Source of the DNA: Anthoceros angustus
Taxonomy: Eukaryota; Plantae; Anthocerotophyta
Assembly (NCBI GenBank): GCA_010909165.1
Contig: VJWM01000187.1
Coordinates: 1 to 64,000 of the forward strand
Direction of reading: 5' to 3'
DNA length: 64,000 nt
Every line of letters begins with the position of its first letter. Positions within the stretch are counted from its first letter, which is position 1. The translations under genes were made by a program, and so were the position numbers. Of this stretch, positions 25,477 through 36,485 are shown in pieces. The notes under the pieces were generated by a model. That model made no database searches. It saw nothing but the letters and a program-made list of their open reading frames with translations, and was not told the DNA's origin.

Positions 25477-26940
25477 ATGGAGAGGCTGACAGTAGTGAGC
25501 ATTCATTTGGGTGCTGCATTCTGTACCCTTGCTTATGGCAAAGCAAGCGACTTCTGCGACTGGCCCATGGCCAGGGAGAGGGAGAGGGAGACCGGCGTGG
25601 TCCAGCCTACCAGTCTCTACTACGTCAAGACCAATGTTTCGCCTGGAGGTCCTGATACAGATGAATCTGATTCTGCTGGGTCTGAAGGTGGTAATTCAGG
25701 TGATTCTGATTCTGAAGCAGAGTATGAGGCTACACACTGGGGATGGGGTGCGGAACTGCGTCATGAAGAGGACCTGGTAGCCTTAGCACGCTCCTCGTCG
25801 GAAACAAGCAACGGCCTGTATGTGACCAAATTTTTGACCTGGGGGCATCTTGCCTCAAGCAGGGCGCCGGCCCGAGGGTGGTGGCAGGGAGAGCAGAAAT
25901 TTGCAAGTCCAGGGGACCTTCCCCAAGGGCTGTCACTGGTCACTGTTATCAGCGACTACCTCAGCCAGCTCGCTGGCTTCGCCGTTGATGATGTGAATCG
26001 GAGGTATTCTAGCGACATCACGATGGGGGACATCCAGTGGTGTTTCACTGTGCCAAGCATTTGGGATGATTCTGCACTCAAGACCTTCCAGCAGAATGTG
26101 GAGTTGGCGGGCATAGTGAATGGCCCCTTTTGCCCGCCACAAGCTGCAGCTCAAGCAAGTTCTCATCCTCTGCTCTTTGTTCTGGAGTGGGAAGCTGCAG
26201 CACTGTCTTGCTTTAGGGAAGTGAGCATGGAGGAAGGATCTGAGGTGTTAGGGGTGGATGTTGGAAGTGACACTACCAACATTGTCATTTTGAAGGAGCA
26301 TCAAGGAGGCTTCGTTCTTGTGGAGGGACGCTCTGCTGATGGTTGTTGCATCAGTGATGTGGACAAGAGCTTCTACGACATGCTGCGGGCAAGGATTGGC
26401 TCAGCCTGCTTCGATGACATGGAGCGGCAGAACCCCGTTTTCAGGAGGCACATGCAGGACATGTGGGAAGCCCTGCGTAATAGCTATGGCGGGGACGGAG
26501 ACCCGAACTACTTGGAGTTGCCTCGAACTCACACTGTGCAAATTCCTTGGGAGGCCTACGACCGTGGCAGAGATAACGTTGTGGAGGATTATGACGAAAT
26601 CGAGGTAGACATGAGGCTGATACTGGATCCCGTGGCAGAGAAAATCATCCAGCTGATCCAAGAGCAGTTGTCAAGGCCAGCTGTGAAGGGACTCTTTCTG
26701 ATGGGGGAATCCTCGCTACCAGGTTACCTGGGGCTGAAGATGAAGGCAGCCTTCGGAACCAAGTTCGGTGATCGCATGAGGATCCCGCCCGATCCCCGCA
26801 GTGCAATGTGCCATGGAGCTGTTACATTCGGGTTATCCCCTGCCTTGCAAGCATCCCGTAGGACCTACGAGCTGACGCTCCAGAGACCCTGCTCCCTCTT
26901 TGACTATCCCAAGCTCAATGTTTGGACTGCTTTGGTTTAA
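25477..26940 (+). CDS. HSPA12-like (Hsp70/actin-fold) nucleotide-binding domain with degenerate ATP motifs; 5' part of an Hsp70-like/RING fusion gene
   Basis: Intronless 487-aa ORF with HSPA12-type motifs PTSLYY...WGW, IQWCFTVPSIWDD, LEWEAAALSC, VDVGSDT, LFLMGE and AMCHGAV. The stop is created by the patchwork insertion at 26936. Confidence 0.8.
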   Translation: MERLTVVSIHLGAAFCTLAYGKASDFCDWPMARERERETGVVQPTSLYYVKTNVSPGGPDTDESDSAGSEGGNSGDSDSEAEYEATHWGWGAELRHEEDLVALARSSSETSNGLYVTKFLTWGHLASSRAPARGWWQGEQKFASPGDLPQGLSLVTVISDYLSQLAGFAVDDVNRRYSSDITMGDIQWCFTVPSIWDDSALKTFQQNVELAGIVNGPFCPPQAAAQASSHPLLFVLEWEAAALSCFREVSMEEGSEVLGVDVGSDTTNIVILKEHQGGFVLVEGRSADGCCISDVDKSFYDMLRARIGSACFDDMERQNPVFRRHMQDMWEALRNSYGGDGDPNYLELPRTHTVQIPWEAYDRGRDNVVEDYDEIEVDMRLILDPVAEKIIQLIQEQLSRPAVKGLFLMGESSLPGYLGLKMKAAFGTKFGDRMRIPPDPRSAMCHGAVTFGLSPALQASRRTYELTLQRPCSLFDYPKLNVWTALV

Positions 26941-28076
26941 AGCTGCTCTGATTGGAACGCTTTCTTTTTGAATTTTGCTCTGGAGCTTGTCTCTCTCAAT
27001 TGCTAGAAGGTTGGCACACTGTTATCAGCGACTACCTCAGCCAGCTCGCTGGCTTCGCCGTTGATGATGTGAATCGGAGGTATTCTAGCGACATCACGAT
27101 GGGGACATCCAGTGGTGTTTCACTGTGCCAAGCATTTGGGATGATTCTGCACTCAAGACCTTCCAGCAGAATGTGGAGTTGGCGGGCATAGTGAATGGCC
27201 CCTTTGCCCGCCACAAGCTGCAGCTCAAGCAAGTTCTCATCCTCTGCTCTTTGTTCTGGAGTGGGAAGCTGCAGCACTGTCTTGCTTTAGGGAAGTGAGC
27301 ATGGAGGAAGGATCTGAGGTGTTAGGGGTGGATGTTGGAAGTGACACTACCAACATTGTCATTTGAAGGAGCATCAAGGAGGCTTCGTTCTTGTGGAGGG
27401 ACGCTCTGCTGATGGTTGTTGCATCAGTGATGTGGACAAGAGCTTCTACGACATGCTGCGGGCAAGGATTGGCTCAGCCTGCTTCGATGACATGGAGCGG
27501 CAGAACCCCGTTTTCAGGAGGCACATGCAGGACATGTGGGAAGCCCTGCGTAATAGCTATGGCGGGGACGGAGACCCGAACTACTTGGAGTTGCCTCGAA
27601 CTCACACTGTGCAAATTCCTTGGGAGGCCTACGACCGTGGCAGAGATAACGTTGTGGAGGATTATGACGAAATCGAGGTAGACATGAGGCTGATACTGGA
27701 TCCCGTGGCAGAGATAACGTTGTGGAGGATTATGACGAAATCGAGGTAGACATGAGGCTGATACTGGATCCCGTGGCAGAGAAAATCATCCAGCTGATCC
27801 AAGAGCAGTTGTCAAGGCCAGCTGTGAAGGGACTCTTTCTGATGGGGGAATCCTCGCTACCAGGTTACCTGGGGCTGAAGATGAAGGCAGCCTTCGGAAC
27901 CAAGTTCGGTGATCGCATGAGGATCCCGCCCGATCCCCGCAGTGCAATGTGCCATGGAGCTGTTACATTCGGGTTATCCCCTGCCTTGCAAGCATCCCGT
28001 AGGACCTACGAGCTGACGCTCCAGAGACCCTGCTCCCTCTTTGACTATCCCAAGCTCAATGTTTGGACTGCTTTGG
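26936..28076 (+). repeat. Patchwork insertion 1 (copies of 23425-23518 and 25950-26935, plus an internal 68-bp duplication)
   Basis: Junction microhomologies TTTGG (26931-26935 = 23420-23424), CACTGTTAT (27017-27025 = 23510-23518 = 25941-25949) and CCGTGGCAGAGA (27635/27703/27771). Confidence 0.92.
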
Positions 28077-28804
28077 AACTGGTTCTCGAGAAGCGCTCTG
28101 AGTTCGATGAGAGTTTGAGGTCTTGTCTCGACGCTATCCACATGGCTGGGATCGAAGCTGTCCACAGTGCGGATTCGTCAGAAGCCATTGTAGCTTCCCT
28201 CATGGAAACGCATGACCACAGCATCCGGCATTCGAAACTTGTCATGGAGGCAGTGGTGGAGCTTCAGTCTAGGAGACTGCGGCACAGCCAGTCAGAGATG
28301 GAGACAGCGCATGCTGTTACCAAATCGGAGAGAGACACTTTGCGAGCGGAGATGAGGGCAGCCGAGTCGTTGATACAGTCACAGAGATTGGATCACGAGG
28401 AAAAGCTGCAAACATTGCAGGACCAGATGTTGGAGGCCATCACGGCTTCTGAACTTTCCTTCGCGGAGGAGATGAACCAACTGCGGGCTCAGTATCTCTC
28501 TTTCTACGCTGAACAGGACACGCTGAAAGCGGAGAAGGACAGGATCGAAGCTGAGAAACAGAACATTGAGGTTGCAGCGGCCCTTGAGCGTGATGTGTTT
28601 GTGAGAGAGAAAGCTCGTCTTGAAGAAGCAGCCCGAGAGCACATGTCATGCCAGATCTGTGAGGACGAACCCCGCAATGTGGTGATACTTCCATGCGGTC
28701 ATGCTCAGTTTTGTGGCGTTTGTTTGGCTAAGCATCGCATGGCAAATCAAACATGCCCAACGTGCAGAGTGACTATCAAGGAAGTTTTGCCTTTCTTTTC
28801 CTAA
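27722..28804 (+). CDS. 3' part of the Hsp70-like fusion gene: coiled coil plus C3HC4 (IAP-like) RING finger
   Basis: After WTALELVLEK comes a long heptad-rich helix, then CQICEDEPRNVVILPCGHAQFCGVC...CPTCR at the C-terminus. Confidence 0.85.
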   Translation: MEDYDEIEVDMRLILDPVAEKIIQLIQEQLSRPAVKGLFLMGESSLPGYLGLKMKAAFGTKFGDRMRIPPDPRSAMCHGAVTFGLSPALQASRRTYELTLQRPCSLFDYPKLNVWTALELVLEKRSEFDESLRSCLDAIHMAGIEAVHSADSSEAIVASLMETHDHSIRHSKLVMEAVVELQSRRLRHSQSEMETAHAVTKSERDTLRAEMRAAESLIQSQRLDHEEKLQTLQDQMLEAITASELSFAEEMNQLRAQYLSFYAEQDTLKAEKDRIEAEKQNIEVAAALERDVFVREKARLEEAAREHMSCQICEDEPRNVVILPCGHAQFCGVCLAKHRMANQTCPTCRVTIKEVLPFFS

Positions 28805-29020
28805 CTTCCTTCTCAATTACAAGTAGCAGCAACAACTCGGGGCCCGGTTGTCATCCTTCAAATTTGTGGCTGTCTTGTGGTACATGTAGAATCATAATAT
28901 TGTGTAGGGATCAAGGGTGTCGTTTGTGGTTCTATGTTAGGAAGGGTTTGCTTATATAGGGGTCCCTTGCCTGTATAAGACCTCCATAGCTAAGCTCTAG
29001 TACTTAGTTGTACATGTAGC

Positions 29021-29213
29021 ATCGCAAAATTGGGGAGCATGTATATACGTGTCGAAGAATGAATGTGTCGAAGCACGTCGTGGGAGACGTGGACAAATTT
29101 TTTGGATTTGAATTTTATCGCAAAATTGGGGAGCATGTATATACGTGTCGAAGAATGAATGTGTCAAAGCACGTCGTGGGAGACGTGGACAAATTTTTTG
29201 GATTTGAATTTTA
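29021..29213. repeat. 96-bp direct tandem repeat x2
   Basis: ATCGCAAAATTGGGGAGCATGTATATACGTGTCG at 29021 and 29117. Confidence 0.93.
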
Positions 29214-30003
29214 TTTAAATTTGAGGTCAGGTGGGCAAACATTCTCTTGGCACGTTCTTGCTACCGTCACACAAGCCCTGTGATCGCAAATCATATCATA
29301 TGTTGCAAACCATATGCCCTGAAAGATGCACGTATCTACGTTCTGTTGTCTTGTGGGATGTTTCAACCGAGGATACGCAGTGTAGGAAACCGGCGGGCAA
29401 GACAGCTGCCTCGTGTTTCATACACGACTGCAGCCGGCTCCCATTACCGCCCAGTCAATCAAGGCTTCTGTGCAACCACGTCGCAACAGCGTCCCGGTCC
29501 CGCCGTACGCTTGTCCCGGTAAGATGCTGTGCACGGGACAGTGTGACTCGCTTTGCGACGTGTGCAAGCGCCCCTGGCAGAGGGATGGGCCAGGCTAAAA
29601 ATTCAGCGATATCAGTGCTGTCGATTTGCACAATTTGTAATATAGTGAAGGTAATCGTTACAAATGGGCAAATGAAGGAAACCTAACAAAACCAGTGGAA
29701 GTTGCAAGTGAACATACCTGGGCATGCCCACGGTTTGCTTCATCAGACACCAGCAAGTCTGTGGTCACTGCTCCAGCTATTTCCAAATCAGGATGCAAAG
29801 AATCTTGAGAGACAGGATGGAGAATTTGAGCCCAGGGCATTGAAGAGTCATGGAAGAACACGGGAGAATAGGTTTTCACACTTCTTGAGATGGAGGTACC
29901 GATAACCGCCATTTAACCACAGTAAAGTTTGGCTACGTAGCACTCTTATCCATTTTCAAGTGTCAGGGAGTCCGTCATGTGGGTCATCCTCTTCCGCCGC
30001 CCT

Positions 30004-31233
30004 TCAATCCGTGGTTTTCTTCCGCGTATTATTCCTTGTGGCCTTCCTTTTCTTCTTCTTCTTCCCATTGGTCGGTCCCAATGCCAAGGCTGTCCGCTTA
30101 ATCCTGGAGGAGTACGACATGGGAAATTAATATTGGAACAACTGCATTGTTGCTTTTGAGAAAATATTGTCCGAAAGAGTTACCTGACTTGCTCATTGTC
30201 TGGGGACTGGTTTCCTGCAAACGTCACCGGGATGTGAGGGCATTCGCGAAGGGGACGTGGCACGGATGAAAAACAGATGCTCAGCATGAAAACCAACCTT
30301 CGGTTATCTCCATAGCTTCATCCTCAACCTCCTCGATGGCGGGCACTTCCTCCTCCGCATCGCAAATGCCTTCAATTCTTCGACTGCTGACCATTCTAAT
30401 TCCTGCTGAAGATGAAGAAGCCCACCGGTCTCCACCGTCGTCCATATCCCACCGATGACCTACTGGAGGAACCCAGAAGTCTGGCTCGCTATTTTCAAGG
30501 TCAGGCAATGTGGGCCCTTCCTCCTCCACTAAAGCCTCATCCTCCTCGCAAGGCCGCTCCTCTGCAGCCTCATCCTCCTCGCAAGGCTGCTTCTCTGCAG
30601 CCTCATCCTCCTTACAACGCCCGCGCCCGGACGACTCTGAAGCCATGCCAGCACAACATTCAGCATGGTCGACACCTCTGTCAAAACCCAGAAAGGAGAT
30701 AACCCTCATGCTTCCACCACAAGCCGCTTGGCCTTCGGGCATTTCATCATGACAACTTACCAAGAGCCCGCATAAACTTCTTCCCTGTCATATGCTTCCA
30801 GACAGCTTCCTCGGTCTTGTTCAAAACCGCTCCTGTCATGGCGCACACGATCTTATCCCTGCCCCAAAAATTCACCGACCTCAGCTCAAAATCCCACTAC
30901 AACGTTACTAAAACCGACAGACACAACACTTTCGTGTCCACCATTGAAGTTCGGACTCCCACCAACGCAGAAATGAAAGACTACATCACCAGACCTCAGC
31001 AAAAGCTACGCCACATACCTATGAGTGGGGCTTTGCAGAAAGAAAGTCTTAAAGGGGCTACTCTCCGCCAGGGCCTTGTCAAAAAGTGCTGACTTGCACT
31101 TTTTCGTTGAGGCATAGTCCTTGGCATGGGCCTCCGGCATCTCGTGCCCGGTCTCGATGCATCTGACCCGCCCGTTATCCAACTTCACGTAGTGCACTTC
31201 TCCTATGATGCGAAAACCAGCTAGAGCTTCCAT
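30004..31233 (-). CDS. SURF2: Surfeit locus protein 2-like, multi-exon (start approximate)
   Basis: Exons read LDNGRVRCIETGHEMP...YASTKKCK, DKIVCAMTGAVLNKTEEAVWKHMTGKKF, EPDFWVPPVGHRWDMDDGGDRW and a basic tail KKKKKRK. Internal 33-bp repeats encode CEEDEAAEERP-like units. Confidence 0.85.
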
Positions 31234-31320
31234 GTCCCTTTTCCCAGCCACCCCTGGCCTTGATACCTGAAAATTCACAGAAACAATTCACACGACAGCT
31301 CCATCTCCTGCTCAAAACCC

Positions 31321-31402
31321 GCACAACCGAGGGCATCTCCAATTTAGGTCATCCCAGGCACAACCGAGGACATCACCAAATTAGGTCATCCGCAGGCACA
31401 AC
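31321..31402. repeat. ~37-bp tandem repeat x2.2 upstream of SURF2
   Basis: GCACAACCGAGG.CATC.CCAA.TTAGGTCATCC.CAG repeated. Confidence 0.85.
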
Positions 31403-32551
31403 CACAGACACAGATGACATACCCTCACAAAAAGCTTAAACTTAACCCTACAAAACCCGTAGCCAATTCTCTCATGGCGAGGCCCAACATGGATGACCAA
31501 CCAGCCGGCTCGGACAAGCCCGCAGCGTCCGAGAACCCACTGGCGACAGGGGGAGCCGGCACCGCAATCCTCCTCGGAGCCTTGGCTTCCGGACTCAACG
31601 TATACCTCCACCGCTTTGGTTCAACGATATCTGATCACGGCAATGCACATGCCAAACACATACTGATTCCACGTAACCGGCGCTGCAGAAACCCACATGG
31701 ACAGCGATGCAAATTATCTGGGTAGCGTTAGGTGCGTCGTTGCTCCTACTCCTTCGAGTCACACTCAGCTCTTCCTCACTCTCCTGCACGTCGTAATCCT
31801 CAGCGCCCTTGCCGTCAGCTTGTTTCTTCTTCTCCGCTGGTAAAATTTTGTGCCTTCATCCCACAGCAGTGTCTTGCAAACGATGGTCTTTCCACTAACA
31901 ACTTCTCGAATTCTGATTCCTTCCCCTCGCAGGTTTGTTGCTGAAACGGGATTGGTCTCCGTCCACGATCAGATGATCGAGCTCCAGCTCGTGCATCCCG
32001 CTCCAGAGTCCGGGAGTCACGTAGACTAACTTTCAAATTTCAGTACCATCCCCTAGCAGAGAGCAGAGATAGTTCGTATATGTTAACTTTGTTTTGTAGG
32101 AAGTAACATAAAATTCCATTAAAGTTGCTCGTCTCGACAGCATCTGAGAGATGCGACGAGGGGCTGCGGTAAATAAACAGGGCACGGGCTGGGCCTGTGG
32201 GAGCCATGCCCCGCCCTGCTGCCGTGGGCGTCTGAGATACACCTGTCTCCGGATCGTGAGCTTCGGAGGGCTGTCTGCGCAGGTTTGCTGTGCTGCGACA
32301 TCCAGAACAGCAGGCAGGAAGGAGAAACAAGCATCGGGCTCGGGGATGCGCACTCCAACTTCCTGTGGAGGAATAGGACGAGATCTGAATTGGGGGCTTT
32401 TGGGCACTGAATTGGACGCTGCCTCTATTTTGGCGGTCAGGCTTGAGGTTTATGGGCATGCAGGTGGAATCAAAGTTGGACTTGTAGGATGAGCTACATG
32501 GATGTGGAGTGAGGAGTCTGTGAGGTGTAATTGCGTGAGCCGGTCGTGGAG

Positions 32552-32716
32552 ATGAGGTGCCACTCGCTGCAAGCGTTGTGGGGCTCTGCGCCTCCGCATC
32601 ATGAGATCACTGCCATTCTGGGTTTGCAGGTTCCGTTGTCAATATGGACTGGAGCTGCGGACGGCGCTATTGCTGTTTGGAAATTGTCTCGCCCGGACTC
32701 TAACGTGCTGGAAAAG
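32552..32716 (+). other. Duplicate first coding exon of the WD40 gene, separated from the rest by patchwork insertion 2
   Basis: MRCHSLQALWGSAPPHHEITA...LEK|GTGAGT, identical to 36268-36432. Confidence 0.85.
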
Positions 32717-32769
32717 GTGAGTTGGATTGTGGTTGTGAGGGAGGTTTGTTTGGGTGGATTGTGGTGGCA

Positions 32770-34509
32770 GGAGAGCAGAAATTTGCAAGTCCAGGGACCT
32801 TCCCCAGTCACTGTCACTGGTCACTGTTATCAGCGACTACCTCAGCCAGCTCGCTGGCTTCGCCGTTGATGATGTGAATCGGAGGTATTCTAGCGACATC
32901 ACGATGGGGACATCCAGTGGTGTTTCACTGTGCCAAGCATTTGGGATGATTCTGCACTCAAGACCTTCCAGCAGAATGTGGAGTTGGCGGGCATAGTGAA
33001 TGGCCCCTTTGCCCGCCACAAGCTGCAGCTCAAGCAAGTTCTCATCCTCTGCTCTTTGTTCTGGAGTGGGAAGCTGCAGCACTGTCTTGCTTTAGGGAAG
33101 TGAGCATGGAGGAAGGATCTGAGGTGTTAGGGGTGGATGTTGGAAGTGACTACCAACATTGTCATTTGAAGGAGCATCAAGGAGGCTTCGTTCTTGTGGA
33201 GGAGGACGCTCTGCTGATGGTTGTTGCATCAGTGATGTGGACAAGAGCTTCTACGACATGCTGCGGGCAAGGATTGGCTCAGCCTGCTTGATGACATGGA
33301 GCAGCAGAACCCCGTTTTCAGGAGGCACATGCAGGACATGGGAAGCCCTGCGTAATAGCTATGGCGGGGACGGAGACCCGAACTACTTGAGTTGCCTCGA
33401 ACTCACACTGTGCAAATTCCTTGGGAGGCCTACGACCGTGGCAGAGATAACGTTGTGGAGGATTATGACGAAATCGAGGTAGACATGAGGCTGATACTGG
33501 ATCCCGTGGCAGAAAATCATCCAGCTGATCCAAGAGCAGTTGTCAAGGCCAGCTGTGAAGGGACTCTTTCTGATGGGGGAATCCTCGCTACCAGGTTACC
33601 TGGGCTGAAGATGAAGGCAGCCTTCGGAACCAAGTTCGGTGATCGCATGAGGATCCCGCCTGATCCCGCAGTGCAATGTGCCATGGAGCTGTTACATTCA
33701 GGTTATCCCCTGCCTTGCAAGCATCCCGTAGGACCTACGAGCTGACGCTCCAGAGACCCTCCCTCTTTGACTATCCCAAGCTCAATGTTTGACTGCTTTG
33801 GAACTGGTTCTCGAGAAGCGCTCTGAGTTCGATGAGAGTTTGAGGTCTTGTCTCGACGCTATCCACATGGCTGGGATCAAGCTGTCCACAGTGGATTCGT
33901 CAGAAGCCATTGTAGCTTCCCTCATGGAAACGCATGACCACAGCATCCGGCATTCGAAACTTGTCATGGAGGCAGTGGTGGAGCTTCAGTCTAGGAGACT
34001 GCGGCACAGCCAGTCAGAGATGGAGACAGCGCATGCTGTTACCAAATCGGAGAGACACTTTGAGCGGAGATGAGGGCAGCCGAGTCGTTGATACAGTCAC
34101 AGAGATTGGATCACGAGGAAAAGCTGCAAACATTGCAGGACCAGATGTTGGAGGCCATCACGGCTTCTGAACTTTCCTTCGCGGAGGAGATGAACCAACT
34201 GCGGGCTCATCTCTTTCTACGCTGAACAGGACACGCTGAAAGCGGAGAAGGACAGGATCGAAGCTGAGAAACAGAACATTGAGGTTGCAGCGGCCCTTGA
34301 GCGTGATGTGTTGAGAGAGAAAGCTCGTCTTGAAGAAGCAGCCTGAGAGCACATGTCATGCCAGATCTGTGAGGACGAACGCAATGTGGTGATACTTCCA
34401 TGCGGTCATGCTCAGTTTTGTGGCGTTTGTTTTGGCTAAGCATCGCATGGCAATCAAACATGCCCAACGTGCAGTGACTATCAAGGAAGTTTTGCCTTTC
34501 TTTTCCTAA
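32770..34509 (+). pseudogene. 5'-truncated, frameshifted copy of the Hsp70-like/RING gene
   Basis: Near-identical nucleotide sequence with many 1-3 nt deletions. It reads straight through ...ACTGCTTTGGAACTGG (~33793-33808), showing the uninterrupted form. Confidence 0.8.
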
Positions 34510-36485
34510 CTTCCTTCTCACCATATGGCAGCAACAACTCGGGGCCCGGTTGTCATCCTTCAAATTTGGCTGTCTTGTGGTACATGTAGAATCATAATAT
34601 TGTGTAGGGATCAAGGTGTGTTTGTGGTTCTATGTTAGGAAGGGTTTGCTTATATAGGGGTCCCTTGCCTGTATAAGACCTCCATAGCTAAGCTAGTACT
34701 TAGTTGTACATGTAGCATCGCAAAATTGGGGAGCATGTATATACGTGTCGAAGAATGAATGTCGAAGCACGTCGTGGAGACGTGGACAAATTTTTGGATT
34801 TGAATTTTATCGCAAAATTGTATAGTATACGTGTCGAAGAATGAATGTGTCAAAGCACGTCGTGGAGACGTGGACAAATTTTGATTTGAATTTTATTTAA
34901 ATTTGAGGTCAGGTGGGCAAACATTCTCTTGGCACGTTCTTGCTACCGTCACACAAGCCCTGTGATCGCAAATCATATCATATGTTGCAAACCATATGCC
35001 CTGAAGATGCACGTATCTACGTTCTGTTGTCTTGTGGGATGTTTCAACCGAGGACATCACCAAATTAGGTCATCCGCAGGCACAACCACAGACACAGATG
35101 ACATACCCTCACAAAAAGCTTAAACTTAACCCTACAAAACCCGTAGCCAATTCTCATGCGTTACGGCGAGGCCCAACATGGATGACCAACCAGCCGGCTC
35201 GGACAAGCCCGCAGCGTCCGAGAACCCACTGGCGACAGGGGGAGCCGGCACCGCAATCCTCCTCGGAGCCTTGGCTTCCGGACTCAACGTATACCTCCAC
35301 CGCTTTGGTTCAACGATATCTGATCACGGCAATGCACATGCCAAACACATACTGATTCCACGTAACCGGCGCTGCAGAAACCCACATGGACAGCGATGCA
35401 AATTATCTGGGTAGCGTTAGGTGCGTCGTTGCTCCTACTCCTTCGAGTCACACTCAGCTCCGCCTTCCCCTCACTCTCCCTGCACGTCGTAATCCTCAGC
35501 GCCCTTGCCGTCAGCTTGTTTCTTCTTCTCCGCTGGTAAAATTTTGTGCCTTCATCCCACAGCAGTGTCTTGCAAACGATGGTCTTTCCACTAACAACTT
35601 CTCGAATTCTGATTCCTTCCCCTCGCAGGTTTGTTGCTGAAACGGGATTGGTCTCCGTCCACGATCAGATGATCGAGCTCCAGCTCGTGCATCCCGCTCC
35701 AGAGTCCGGGAGTCACGTAGACTAACTTTCAAATTTCAGTACCATCCCCTAGCAGAGAGCAGAGATAGTTCGTATATGTTAACTTTGTTTTGTAGGAAGT
35801 AACATAAAATTCCATTAAAAGTTGCTCGTCTCGACAGCATCTGAGAGATGCGACGAGGGGCTGCGGGTAAATAAACAGGGCACGGGCTGGGCCTGTGGGA
35901 GCGGGGCACATGCCCCCCGCCCTGCTGCCGTGGGCGTCTGAGATACACCTGTCTCCGGATCGTGAGCTTCGGAGGGCTGTCTGCGCAGGTTTGCTGTGCT
36001 GCGACATCCAGAACAGCAGGCAGGAAGGAGAAACAAGCATCGGGCTCGGGGGATGCGCACTCCAACTTCCTGTGGAGGAATGCATAGGACGAGATTCGAA
36101 TTGGGGGGGCTTTTTGGGCACTGAATTGGACGCTGCCTCTATTTTGGCGGTCAGGCTTGAGGTTTATGGGCATGCAGGTGGAATCAAGAAGTTGGACTTG
36201 TAGGATGAGCTACATGGATGTGGAGTGAGGAGTCTGTGAGGTGTAATTGCGTGAGCCGGTCGTGGAGATGAGGTGCCACTCGCTGCAAGCGTTGTGGGGC
36301 TCTGCGCCTCCGCATCATGAGATCACTGCCATTCTGGGTTTGCAGGTTCCGTTGTCAATATGGACTGGAGCTGCGGACGGCGCTATTGCTGTTTGGAAAT
36401 TGTCTCGCCCGGACTCTAACGTGCTGGAAAAGGTGAGTTGGATTGTGGTTGTGAGGGAGGTTTGTTTGGGTGGATTGTGGTGGCA
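32770..36485 (+). repeat. Patchwork insertion 2 (copy of the un-inserted Hsp70-RING region to 29373, then 31371-32769)
   Basis: Junctions GTGGTGGCA (32761-32769 = 25878-25886; resumes 36477-36485) and CAACCGAGGA (35045-35054 = 29364-29373 = 31361-31370), which skips SURF2. Confidence 0.92.
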
